From: Octopus sinensis
Lineage: Eukaryota
Direction of reading: 5' to 3'
Assembly: GCF_006345805.1 (NCBI RefSeq)
Contig: NC_043000.1
Location: 122,450,001 to 122,514,000, forward strand
Length of the DNA: 64,000 bases
The notes beneath the pieces are model-generated. The model ran no database searches. It worked only from the letters and a program-made list of their open reading frames with translations, and was not told where the DNA came from. The position numbers and the translations under genes were made by a program. Shown one piece after another: positions 13,251 through 25,436 of this stretch; the stretch's first letter is position 1, and the number at the start of each line of letters is the position of its first letter.

Positions 13251-13769
13251 AAACAGAAATAACAATCCGTATGCATTGAATTTAATCAGAAATAAAATTA
13301 AGAGGAAAATATTGGCAGATGACAAAGTATATTTAAATGAATATATGTCGATGACAGCAAATGGAGAAAGCCATTTGCTGAGAAAACAAAATGAAAAACA
13401 TCGGAAATTAGCAGAAATTCATTTTAAAAATCAGCATATAAACCATAGCAAAGCAAATTGCTCCTGCAAGCGTTTATTCCGTTACAAATGCAGGTACATG
13501 TGTGCGTATGTATGATTATATGTAGGGACGGAGTTAAGTAAGTAGGTTTGCGTATATGTAAGTATTATGTATGAATTAAGAGAGAATGCGAGAATTAGCT
13601 CAGCTTGGTATTTCAGTGTTGCACATCTGCAACTAGGCAAAGAATCACACACATGTTTCATGATATGCTGGATTTGTAGTCACTGTCACCGTCTATTCTG
13701 TTCCTTGTACCATTAATGTTTACTCTCTTTTATTTAATTCAAATCATACACACATATATGCATAGCTAT

Positions 13770-13880
13770 CTTACCGTGTATATATATATATATATATATA
13801 TGTTAACTTTCTAAGACATCTCAACGCTTCCAAAGCAAACATGGTTTTTTGTTTGCGTTTATCGTATATATACATATACG

Positions 13881-13911
<31 letters not shown>

Positions 13912-14011
13912 GTATATATAAATATATATATATATATATAATAATATATATATATATAAATATATATATATATACATATGTATATATATATATATGTATA
14001 TATATATACAA

Positions 14012-14066
<55 letters not shown>

Positions 14067-14458
14067 CACATATATATACATAAATATATATACACATACA
14101 TAAACTCCATTTATGCATGTATATACACATACTCACACACACATACGCTGGTAGATAGATCGATGTGTAAATGGGTAGATATAGTGATAGAGTAAGACAG
14201 ATAGATATGCATACACAGCCATGGACATAAACGTATATAGATATTTAATGGACGTGTTTGAATGCTCATACGCGTGCTTACAGGTCAATGTGCTACTATT
14301 AATACGTTTCATATAGCTGAGCCTAATAAATTCGCAGCGCGCGGCTATCAGTTTGTAAAAACGAATAAAGTAAAATTACGCTCTCTCACAATCTGTCCCT
14401 TCATTTTATCCTTTTCCCTCTCCTTTCCCACTATATGTCTCTCTCTCTCTCTCTGTCA

Positions 14459-14523
<65 letters not shown>

Positions 14524-14597
14524 TGTATATATACACACATATATATATATATATATATACATACGTTATATATATATAGGTATGTGTGTGTGTATAT

Positions 14598-14630
<33 letters not shown>

Positions 14631-14730
14631 TTATATATATATGAATGTATTTATATAAACATATATATGTATGAGAGAGTGGGCGTGTAAATATATGTTT
14701 GTGCGTGTGTGTGTTTGTGTGTGTGTGTGT
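13770..14730. repeat. (TA)n/(CA)n/(TG)n microsatellite cluster
   Basis: Direct reading; short unique spacer at about 14160-14430. Confidence 0.85.
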
Positions 14731-15883
14731 ACACGTGCGATGGTGTATGTATGGATTTACATATGTGTTAACATTTACGCATGTGTTTTTTGGAAAATGC
14801 TCAGGAGAGAAAAGTTAAGCGATCAGACTGCGAGTACTTTGCATTCTTTTGTTTTGTTTTTGTTTTTTGCTTTGTTTAGATTTTTTTTTTTTGTATGTAT
14901 GCTTGTGTGTTGGCGTGCATGCAATGTGGGTGTGAAGTGTCCGTTTAAATATGTTAATAGATAATTGAGCGGAAATAAATCAGTGAATTCATGAATTTAT
15001 CTTGCTTCTCACAAAGTAGATGCACGCACACTTCACTACAGACATACCACCTCCGCAGCAACTATTCATAAATAACATCTCATATAAACATCAAAATAAA
15101 AATATGCATGCTTAATTTCCTACGCAGAGCAGAATTTTAAAATGGCGAACGTTTAAAATTGCTTGCTCTAATTCACGCTTTCGTTTTCAGACTGTTAGAC
15201 TAAGAATATGTTTGCTATGACATTTCAATGACATCAGGTTTCCTTGACAAGAAGCCATGATCATCTCTCAGGAACACTTCTACTTTACTACACGCAAATA
15301 TTTCTTTAAATTATTGAAATTACGTGGAATATTTGACAATTCACTAATTATATTTCTTCTAATATCTGCTGCTGTGCAACTTACCCCAGTCTACTCTTCT
15401 AACAATGAACAAATCGCCTATCAGACTTAAGCACCTTCTGCCCATTGTCATTGCTACAACCCTCTCCAAAACAGAGCGCTGTAATAAGGGAGAGAGAAAG
15501 AAATAGAGAGAAAGATAAGAGGGAGAGGGTGTTTGAGGGGGAGAAAGATAGATAGTGAGACGGCGGCAAGATTCCTGTGCTAAATAGAAATGAAAATGTT
15601 TATAATTTAGATTGTATGGAATGCATTATTGTAACATTCTACTCCTTTCATGAAGTGTATGGTAGAATTTAAGAAAATAAAGATTTTAATGAAATTGCAT
15701 GCTTTTCAATTATTTATTTTCAGCCAAAACAATATTCTGAAATTATTTGCTATAATTTATGACAACTAGGAATTACTTTAGTTTAATGAAAACAGTTCCA
15801 TTTTCATAGAAATATTCAGGATGTTATGCTTCAAAACATTAACATTCGTAAGTACGTTGTGACACAAGTGACCCTGTTAAATA

Positions 15884-16193
15884 TCACCGTGATCACCGTG
15901 ACCGACCAGGCTATCAGATGTTGCTACACATCGCTGGCCACAATGTGCTTCGCATTGTTTTAGCCTTCAAATGACGCCACCCCGCTAGCAAAGCGAGCAG
16001 GCCAACAGAAGAAAAAGTCAGAGAAGGTTGTGGCGAAAGAGTACAGAAGGGATCGCCATCACCCCCTGCTGGAGCCTCGTGGAGCTTTTGGTATTTTCGT
16101 TCAATAAACACTCACATCACCCGGTCTGAGAATCGAAACCGCGATCCTACGACTGCGAGACCGCTGCCCTAACCACTGGGCCATGCGCCTCCA
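15884..16193 (-). mobile_element. tRNA-derived SINE family C (tail variant 1) with 11-bp TSD CCTGTTAAATA
   Basis: Reverse-complement head GGAGGCGCATGGCCCAGTGGTTAGGGCAGCGG...GGTTTCGATTCTCAGACCGGG; TSD copies at 15873-15883 and 16194-16204. Confidence 0.85.
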
Positions 16194-16204
16194 CCTGTTA
16201 AATA

Positions 16205-16806
16205 CCTATTTCTTTACTACCCACAAGAGACTAAACACAGAGAGGACAAACAAGGACAGACAAACGGATTAAGTCGATTATATCGACCCCAGTGCGTAAC
16301 TGGTACTTATTTAATTGACCCCAATAGGATGAAAGGCAAAGCCGACCTCGGCGGAATTTGAATTCAGAATGTAGCGGCAGACGAAATACCTATTTCTTTA
16401 CTACCCACAATGAGCTAAACACAGAGGGGACAAACAAGGACAGACAAACGGATTAAGTCGGTTACTTCGACACCAGTGCGTAACTGGTTCTTAATTTATC
16501 GACCCCGAAAGGATGAAAGGCATAGTTGACATCGGCGGAATTTGAACTCAGAACGTAACGACAGACGAAATACCTATTTCTTTACTACCCACAAGGGGCT
16601 AAACACAGAGAGGACAAACAAGGACAGACAAACGGATTATGTCGATTATATCTTCCCCAGTGCGTAATGATACTTATTTAATCGACCCCGAAAGGATGTA
16701 AGGCAAAGTCGACCTCGGCGGAATTTGAACTCAGAATGTAACGGCAGACGAAATACCGGTAAGCATTTCGCTCGGCGTGCTAACGATTCTGCCAGCTCGC
16801 CGCCTT
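16205..16806 (-). mobile_element. SINE family A trimer (one head plus three units of about 184 bp) inside one TSD
   Basis: Junctions GAAATACCTATTTC at 16383 and 16567; flanked by TCCACCTGTTA at 16190-16200 and 16807-16817. Confidence 0.9.
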
Positions 16807-17730
16807 TCCACCTGTTATATATGAAGAAGTAAAAATATGGAGAATTTGTTGAAAGAAGTGCTCAACTTTATTGACTATATACGACAAATAGTTTTGCAGC
16901 TACTTGCCATACATAGCTTTCGTCGAAAACTGCTAAGCATTTCCATGCATACTTTGTGTTTATTAATCCGTTCAGCAAAAACCTATGCATATTTTAATCA
17001 GAAGCTTTCATTTATTAACTAGAATTGGTGGATTACAAGTGTGGTCTCAATGATTACAACCCACGCAGTTACAGTGGTATGAAAGATCTTCACTTGTATA
17101 AACAAATTTCAGACTTCAATAGTAGAAGCAAATAGTTCAGTTATGTCAGACAGAAACAAATTCATTATTTACGAAACTATACAATCTTTGATAACTACTG
17201 TTAATTTTTGCAATGATTGAAGCAGTTCTTTGGTAAATTTTCGCTAAACTATACGCAATCTTCTTCCCTCGTTTATTGCGCAATATAATCTTAATTAAAA
17301 ATGGTAAATTGTTTTCATTATCATTTACACAAAAGCAATTTTTTTTTCATTAAAATCATCTGAATTCTAAAAAATTGAAATTTTAACAATATAAAGTTAT
17401 TACAAATAAAACAACACAAATAAGTGAGCAAAAACAAAATTAAAAAATGCGCAGTAGAGAAATATTCTTTTAATTTAATAATCTTTTTAAGCAAATTTCA
17501 AAAGCTCTGTATCGAAATCAAATATATAATTTCAATAAACATTTTAATTAGAAATTTACTTCATTAGGATAAGAAAATATATCTTAATTAGATTTAAATC
17601 ACAAGTTTAAGAGAGATTTGAAATATTAAATTCCACAAGCCATCAGGAAACATGCTAGAAATACCAGCAGAATCTTCTCAAGCTATGCTGTCTTAAAAAT
17701 CGATACGTCAACACCCTCATCATCCGCATG

Positions 17731-18052
17731 TTTTTTATTTATTTATTCATGCGCCCTTTTCAAGCCTAGCCAGGCTCGTGGGCCCGGTTTCCCGGTTTCT
17801 GTGGCCTATGTGTTCCCCCCAGCTGGATGGGACGCCATTCCATCGCAGTGTTACTCAAGAAACAGGAAGAGAGTTTGAGAGAAAGTTGGGCGGAATGAGT
17901 ACAACAAGGGTCGCCACCATTCCCTGCCAGAGCTTCGTAGAGCTTTAAGTGTTTTCGCTCAATAAACACACACAACGCCTGGTCTGGAAAACGAAACTGC
18001 GATCCTCCGACCACGAGTCCGCTGCCCTAACCACTGGGCCATTGCGCCTCCA
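17731..18052 (-). mobile_element. tRNA-derived SINE family C (tail variant 2)
   Basis: Same head and body as 15884-16193 but ends ...GAAACCGGGAAACCGGGCCCACGAGCCTGGCTAGGCTTGAAAAGGGCGCATG(AATA)n. Confidence 0.85.
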
Positions 18053-18924
18053 CCAAACGCATGTTGCCAAAGTATAAATCTAAACATGGTATTCTATTCT
18101 CTGTCCGCTCCTCAAGCATTCGAAGTTTTCGTCTCAAACCTCGTTCCCACACATCACCTCTTCTTCAAAGGTAAATTTCAAATCCCATTACTCTCTAACA
18201 CACAAATTTCCCAACTCTTATCTATAAACCTCAATTAATTTTACACAAATCAATTTTAAATGGTGGTGTTTGCGCTTGCATATTCTCTAGGTTCTCTGCC
18301 CACCTCTGTCTCCTGTGTCTTAACAATGACAACTTCCATTTATGTGGTTCCATGTCTCCCTAAGTCATTCTCCCAAATACATCTGCTTTCTTTACCACCC
18401 CCCAAGCTTCTTGATACCAGTGACATTTTGATCATATCTCCTCTTGTAATGGATGCATGCAACTCACATCTCTGCACTGCGAAATCATTGTTCTTGTTGA
18501 ACACATACCGAGACTTCCACTGTAGGCGTCTATGTTTTAGCCAGTCCATCAGTGACAAACACTACTTTTTCCCGTCTTCTAAGTGTAAATCCCCGATCTT
18601 TCTCTACTGTTTTCACAGCTATCCTACTTTCAGAATTTACTTTTCGCGATGTAAAATATCAACACATTCGGCACTTCCAAAGATTTTAATGTATATATAT
18701 ACATGTATGCATACATACTTCCCAGCGTCTACACCATCATCCACACACCTGCACATGCACACACTCACATGTCAAGGTCACCAGCCCCCTTCGACACGCA
18801 CATACACGCTCTCACATACAGACGCAAGCGCACCTTCGTTTTGGGATCACCACTATTTTATTATCTTCCCTTCTTCCTAGCTGTCCTGTGTGACCCCGTC
18901 ATGAGAGATTGCAGCCCACTAAAC

Positions 18925-19092
18925 CTTCTATTTTCTCTCCCTGTTTATTTCTGTGTTTCTTTCTGTCTCAGAGCGTAGGCTCGAAACATAAAAGACTTTC
19001 TCACTTCCTGAGCGTTAAACTAATACATCTATTTGTTGTTTATACACCCGTCTTCGTCTTTTATTCTTTTGTAAATTCTCACTGTATACATA
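18925..19092 (+). mobile_element. Penelope/retrozyme-like terminal repeat fragment, family P1, with decayed hammerhead-like motif (18958-18995)
   Basis: TCTTT-CTGTCTC-A-GAGC-GTAG-GCTC-GAAACAT-A-AAAGA; homologous to 49738-49890 and 61635-61795. Confidence 0.55.
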
Positions 19093-20122
19093 TGTATGTA
19101 TATAAGGGTAGCTCATTCGCAATTTTGCAACCGAAAAACGGTAATATATACGACGGTAAAATAGCTAAAGGCATTAGTCAGGGCCAGTATTACTGGAAAT
19201 AAGAGTCAAAACAACTCATAGCCAATAGAAAGTATTTATCTTAATGACTAACAGGAGAGGCAAGCTACCTACAACAATCAGGCATAGTCGCATCACCAGT
19301 GATTTCGCATTTTATTAATGTTATCAGTGGCTTTCTTTGTCTCTGGTTTCAAAATAGTTCCTCACTTACTAGGCTACTATTTTCATGTCCGCAACAAAAT
19401 CATAAAAGATGTTTATACCCTACAAAATTTTATTTGTAACACCCTTATACCCACGCTAAAACTGTTATTCCCAAAAATGAATTGAATAATTTTAATGAAA
19501 TATACGGTTCATGAGATGAATTTGTTCACTGTCGCATTAGCTGACTCACAGCCTACGGAACCAAATTAAATAGACTTTTTTTTAATTTTTAAGCGATAAG
19601 CGTTGTCCAGATATAAAGCTCCCTCTATGTGTATTAGTCCTCAAGAAAAATTTGCTCAGGATGAAGCAGGAGATCATTGACTGATGACAAATTTATAGAC
19701 GAGGGTCACAGGTTATTGGAGGAAAATATTTTTTAAAAATTTGCATATTGATTTAAGAGACATTCTGATCTTGTTTAATAAATAATACCAGCAACAATCT
19801 AGTGCAACTGAATAATATGGTGGTAATAATTCTTAAAGAATTAACACTTGTGCTTTACCATCTAGAAGTTCGCTTCAAGAAGTACATTCTAAAGCAAATA
19901 CGTTTGAAGCAGGAATAGTGAAATTTATTCAGATGTTGTGAACCCATGGTGATATATATATTTAACACAACGATAAAAGTAATAGTAATGATATTGATAT
20001 ATCTGTGCAGCATAGGAGTGAGAGGTCAAACGTTAAAGTTCCAGTAAAGTGGACGTGAAAGGCCAATCTAGGTAAGGTCAAAAAGGGCAATAATTTACTG
20101 CAGGCATTTAAAATTGTAAATA

Positions 20123-20275
20123 TAGGCGCAGGAGTGGATGTGTGGTAAGCACGTGGTTCCGGGTTCAGTTCCCTGTGTGGAACCTTCGGCCGGTTTCTTT
20201 TACTATAGCCTCGTACCGACCAAAGCTTTGTGAAAGGATTTGGCAGATGGAAACTGAAAGAAGCCCGTCGTGTGT
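20123..20275 (+). mobile_element. SINE family D, 5' part
   Basis: TAGGCGCAGGAGTGG...GGTTCCGGGTTCAG...GGAAACTGAAAGAAGCCCGTCG. Confidence 0.8.
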
Positions 20276-20287
20276 GCATATATATAT

Positions 20288-20492
20288 ATGTGACCTCGTG
20301 TGTACCATTGGCGATTTTCTTTCCTCTGTCTTCCCTTCTCTGGATCTTTCCTTCTCCTATGTTTCCGACGAAGAGCTCCGCTCGAAACGTTAATCCCTCC
20401 TTCTTTCCTTCTTTCCTGAGCGTCCAATAATACTATACTTGTTCCACATCCTCGCGTTGTTGTGTTTTTTTGTTTTCTTGTTTGGATTAACT
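20288..20492 (+). mobile_element. Penelope/retrozyme-like repeat, family P2, with minimal hammerhead-like motif (20361-20394, U4C variant)
   Basis: GTTT-CCGACGA-A-GAGC-TCC-GCTC-GAAACGT-T-AAT; homologous to 46443-46660 on the minus strand. Confidence 0.6.
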
Positions 20493-20530
20493 TTATATAT
20501 ATATACATACATACATACATACATATACAT

Positions 20531-20686
20531 TGACTGCGTGGTAAGTAGCTTGTTTTACCAACTACATGGTTCCGAGTTCAGTCCCACTGCGTAGCACCCT
20601 GGGCAAGTGTCTTCTACTATAGCCTCGGGCCGACCAAAGCCTTGTGAGTGGATTTGGTAGACGGAAACTGAAAGAAGCCCGTCGTA

Positions 20687-20719
<33 letters not shown>

Positions 20720-20926
20720 GCGTGTGTGTGTTTGTCCCCCTAGCATTGCTTGACAACCGATGCTGGTGTGTTTATGTCCCCGTTACTTAGCGGTTCGACA
20801 AAAAAGACCGATAGAATAAGTACTGGGCTTACAAAAGAATAAGTCCCGGGGTCGAGTTGCTCGATTAAAGGCGGTGCTCCAGTATAGCCGCAGTCAAATG
20901 ACTGAAACAAGTAAAAGAGTAAAGAG
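20531..20926 (+). mobile_element. SINE family D (tRNA head, CORE-like GCACCYTGGGCAAGTGTCTT, internal TA/TG microsatellite, L2/CR1-like tail)
   Basis: Matches the copies at 25437, 32188, 33410 and 42504; ends GCAGTCAAATGACTGAAACAAGTAAAAGAGTAAAGAG. Confidence 0.9.
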
Positions 20927-21003
20927 TATATATATATATGGGGGTGAGTGTGTGTGTGTATGATGTGTGTGTGTATGATTGTGTGTGTATGATTGTGTGT
21001 GTG

Positions 21004-21308
21004 TGTTTGACCCCCTCCCCACCATCGTTTGACCACCGATGCTGGTGTGTTTATGTACCCGTAACTTAGTGGTTCAGCATAATAACGGATAGTACCAGGC
21101 TTACAAAGAATGAGTCATGGGGTCTTACACACACCCATGCATACATACAGTGTGGTTGTGTGGTAAGATGCTTGCTTCCCAACCACATGGTTCCGGGTTC
21201 GGCTCCATTTAGTGGCCTCTTGAGAATGTGAGTCTCTCCATAGCCTCGTACCAACTAATGCCTTGAAAACGGATTTGGTAGATGATAACTGAAAGAAGCC
21301 CGTCGTAT
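21004..21308 (+). mobile_element. Two SINE family D fragments
   Basis: 3'-half fragment (ACCGATGCTGGTGTGTTTATGT...) followed by a 5'-half fragment (GGTAAGATGCTTGCTTCCCAACCACATGGTTCCGGG...). Confidence 0.7.
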
Positions 21309-21313
21309 ATATA

Positions 21314-21925
21314 TCTCTTATTATAAAAGGCAGATTTTATCTGCCTCCCTTTGGGAGTTATACAAATCTACAATATAGGATTTCTTTAATTACAATTTAC
21401 CTTGCATTTTTAAGAGTACAATGCATCGCGTCATGCCAGGTCCAGTTTTTAAAATTTAAACTCCAGTTAAGCAAAATTTACAGAAAACTCACATTCTGGT
21501 GTGTGTGTCAAATGCTTTTCTTAGTCTGGTTTACACCACACGCAAACGCACACACACAGTGGGCAAGGAATAAAATGAAAGTAATTCACTTACTGTAGTG
21601 AGTGATTCTTTCACTCTGCCTCCCACTTCCTCTTTACACACATAGAAAAACTTTTATTTTTTTACATAAGTAATGAGAGCGAAAGAGACTAAGAGAAAGC
21701 GATTGTATGACGAGGGAAGTTCCTTGAAGTTACCGTGCATGGGACTCATTGATGTACCTGTGTGTGTGTGTGTGTTTGATGGAGTGTGGGAGACAGACAG
21801 TATGTTGTGTAAGTGAAGTGCTTCTGTTAGTGTGTGTGAAGAGACAGAGAGAGTAATGTGTGAAAGAGAGAGATAACTGAAATTTTTTACTCGGTTTATG
21901 TGTATATGTATGTATGCATGTATGT
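21314..21925 (+). mobile_element. Probable Helitron-like 5' segment without its own CTAG end
   Basis: Begins A|TCTCTTATTATAAAAGGCAG, similar to the 5' ends of the other Helitrons here; no hairpin plus CTAG before 21965. Confidence 0.4.
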
Positions 21926-21964
21926 GTGTGTGTGTGTGTATGTATGTGTGTGTGTATGTATGTA

Positions 21965-22802
21965 TCTATATATAAAAGAAAGGTTGTGTGTCTGTCTACT
22001 CCGATTTAGATTCCTAACTACTCCTACATTTTGCGATGCAGTTTAACCAAAACCGGGTATCTTATAGTCGTGATTCATATCGAGCCCTTCTGGGTATTAG
22101 CGCGCGTCTACGATGAGTCTATGATTTTACAAATAATTTGCCATCATTTTTTTCATTTTAATGCATATTTTTTAAAAATAAACGGAAGTAACTCTCAAAC
22201 TTCACACCAATATGCGTGCTCATATGCGACGTAAATCACATCAGCAGCATTTCCTCACACCCTCCTTGCACTTGGCGAAGGCAAAATACCAGGGGATGAA
22301 AATGGTAATATTGCCATCGATTCCATTTGTACCATTGTTAAGACGCCTTCTGATCTCAGAGATGCAGTGTCCCAGATTTACAAGCTAATTATCAGAATAT
22401 GGATTGGATTGGCAAAAAGGCTATACTGGCCCCGAGGAATAAAACTGTTCACCATATTAATGATGAAATGCTAAAACTCATTCCTGGGAAGTCGATGTAT
22501 ATCAGTCTATCGATACAACTCCTGACCCAGAGGACGTCATCAACTATCCAATAGAGGTACTCAATTCCTTTGAGCACCCGGACTACCACCACACTTTCTC
22601 AAACTTAAAGTTAGTGCCCCTATAATGCTCATCAGAAATTTGGTTCCCCAAAACAATGCAATGGCACACGTTTGGCGTTAAGTCCTTATCTCCCACCGTA
22701 AGCTTATTTCAATATTTGCCTGAATAATCATCATAATTCAGTGCAATCATTAACAGTACTTTCAAGCAATTCAGCCCCGAGCAACGCCGGGCAATTCTGC
22801 TA

Positions 22803-22803
<1 letters not shown>
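21965..22803 (+). mobile_element. Non-autonomous Helitron (839 bp) carrying a PIF1-family helicase fragment
   Basis: 5' A|TC; 3' hairpin CCCG-AGCAACGC-CGGG followed by CTAG|T; A|T target. Confidence 0.9.
22244..22700 (+). pseudogene. Frameshifted Helitron RepHel (PIF1-like helicase) fragment
   Basis: Joined frames read ...KAILAPRNKTVHHINDEMLKLIPG...NYPIEVLNSFEHP(G)LPPHFLKLKVSAPIMLIRNL..PKQCNGTRL, typical PIF1/Helitron helicase motifs. Confidence 0.85.
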
Positions 22804-22849
<46 letters not shown>

Positions 22850-22851
<2 letters not shown>

Positions 22852-23267
22852 AAATGGGACAAGAACGCAAAACATCCGGACAACTAAGTGATACAAAAAG
22901 GGACAACAAATATCCAGATGGACGATACAAAAAAAAAAGATCAAAGAGAACGAAGATAACTATGGACAATTGCTTCAAAACCATCCGACTGTATATCCGG
23001 ATTACAAATTTACATTTATACCAAAACTAATCGGATAAGCTTGGATTTTCAGAAAAAAGATATCACCCAACTGACCTGCAGATTGTAAATACAATCTATA
23101 AGCGAAACAGAAAAATATGCAAGACTATTCTCAGGTTTCAAAACTGGCGTGGTCTTCGTTATCTATAATCCAATGATGAAGCTTTGTATCTTTATTAAAA
23201 ATCAGCTCATTCTTTAGAGGAAGTATGGCAATGATTAAAAAAGAGGAGAAACATACACACATCCATC

Positions 23268-23318
<51 letters not shown>

Positions 23319-23618
23319 TATATTCTTCATTCAAGAATTATTATTATCGTTTTTTTGTATTATTTTTCTATTTATATTCGTGTAACATAGTCTGTTTCTC
23401 CGTCCATGTTTCGTATATATTCGATGCTTTTTACCAAGGAATCTAATGCTCTTAGCTTAGTTTTTCCTTCGGGCTGGCCAGATGGGAGCAATGACAAGAT
23501 TAATCAGCCGAAATTGCGGGGATGATCCGGTTCTTGACTGAAGATAAAAGGCTTCGAATGACCCTTCCGTCTTTTTTGTATCGTCTATCTGGATGTTTTG
23601 TGTTCTTGTCCCATTTTG
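22850..23618. mobile_element. Unclassified element bounded by inverted repeats (possibly Penelope-like)
   Basis: CAAAATGGGACAAGAAC(G/A)CAAAACATCC at 22850 and its reverse complement ending at about 23618; both ends abut TA-rich sequence. Confidence 0.45.
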
Positions 23619-23657
23619 TATTTTATTTTATATATATAGCGGCGTACGTACACTTTG

Positions 23658-23740
<83 letters not shown>

Positions 23741-24124
23741 GTACACATTTGGCCTTATTTGTAAGCTGTATCAATAATAATAAATCTGCAAACACCTAAA
23801 ACGTTATTTGTTTTCGTTGTTGCCAAATAAATTATCCTGCTCAAGAACAGCTTTTCACATCATTAACAAACGTGGTAGACAGCGTCTAATAGCAAAAGAT
23901 ATAATGATTCTAATGTCTGAGATTATTATATAACTTTTTGCGGTTTTAGTTAGACGTAAGTTCATAGGAAGGCAAGACCCGGAGCAAAATTCTGATCTTA
24001 TTAAAATGATTAATGCGATTTAATAGTTTACTCTCTTAGCTTCTAGTGAAACAGTGAGAAAAGCGAAGCTACTCTGCCGAGACGTATATTCAGCATTTCT
24101 CTGTCTCTGCCTCAGTAGACACCT

Positions 24125-24126
24125 AT

Positions 24127-24179
<53 letters not shown>

Positions 24180-24236
24180 AATAGATAGATAGATAAATAG
24201 AAGATAGATAGACAGAAAGATAGGTAAGAAGGTAGC

Positions 24237-24298
<62 letters not shown>

Positions 24299-24365
24299 GA
24301 TAGATAGATGTAGATGTGTAAGTATGTATGTGTGCATTAGTACGGCGTGGTTGCGCGCGAATACT

Positions 24366-24426
<61 letters not shown>

Positions 24427-24701
24427 GCACATAATATATATATACAAATATATAACATATAGGTAAATATTGTTATATATACATATTTATATACATGTAT
24501 GTATCTATAAATATATATACATACATATATGGGCAAACGTCTATATGTATATGTATATGTGAATACATATGTATATATATATATTATATACTCATACATG
24601 CACACACATATATACATATACACATATACATTAATTTACAAATATATATATATATGCATGCTCAAACGTACATATTGTATATATACATATATATATTATA
24701 C

Positions 24702-24739
<38 letters not shown>

Positions 24740-24830
24740 ATATGTTTGTAGACATATATGTGCATATATATGTATGCGTGTATATGTGTGTGAATATACA
24801 TATATATATATACCTGTATGTATACACACA
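24125..24830. repeat. (GATA)n/(TA)n/(CA)n microsatellite cluster
   Basis: Direct reading. Confidence 0.9.
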
Positions 24831-25062
24831 CGCACAAACTGAGATAATGATTTACAATAGAGCAGCTGGTAGCTAATGACAGAATGTCTCTGTCGGTTTA
24901 AATTAAAATTCTTATTGTTTTGAGGTCTATTCAGCTGTGTGTAGATTCCTGTTTTCGTTCGGTTTGAAATTCGTCCTTGATCCAATGAGTTGCATCCCGA
25001 ATTCTTGCTTTAGTAATTTTAGGGCTCTTGCGCTGTTTAAAATGTAACTGTATCTCGTGTTA

Positions 25063-25295
25063 AAGGCGGCGAGCTGACAGAAACGTTAGCACACCGGGCG
25101 AAATGCGTAGCCGTATTTTGTCTGCCGTTACGTTCTGAGTTCAAATTCCGCCGAGGTCGACTTTGCCTTTCATCCTTTCGGGGTCGATAAATTAATTACC
25201 AGTTACGCACTGGGGTCTATATAATTGACTTAATCCGTCTATCTGTCCTTGTTTGTCCTCTCTGTTTTTAGCCCCTTGTGTGCAATAAAGAAATA
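25063..25295 (+). mobile_element. Full-length SINE family A monomer (tail type 2) with perfect 14-bp TSD
   Basis: TGTATCTCGTGTTA at 25049-25062 and 25296-25309; B box GAGTTCAAATTCC. Confidence 0.92.
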
Positions 25296-25436
25296 TGTAT
25301 CTCGTGTTACAGCTTCTTATGTCCTTTCATTATTTATTCAGATTTTTATAGTATTACATTTAAAATTATTCGGATCTTTGTAGCTATCGCCACTGTCTAC
25401 AATTTTGTTCAAATAGTTTTCAAATTTGGATTATTA

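Noticed and set aside
16205-16806. CRISPR-like or satellite array (regular 184-bp period)
   Set aside because: There are no unique spacers, the units are SINE bodies, and the context is eukaryotic with no cas genes.
18260-18880. 206-aa ORF, and a possible RTE-like RRLQW fragment on the opposite strand (18340-18558)
   Set aside because: No recognisable domain; the single RRLQW match lacks the neighbouring conserved RTE residues.
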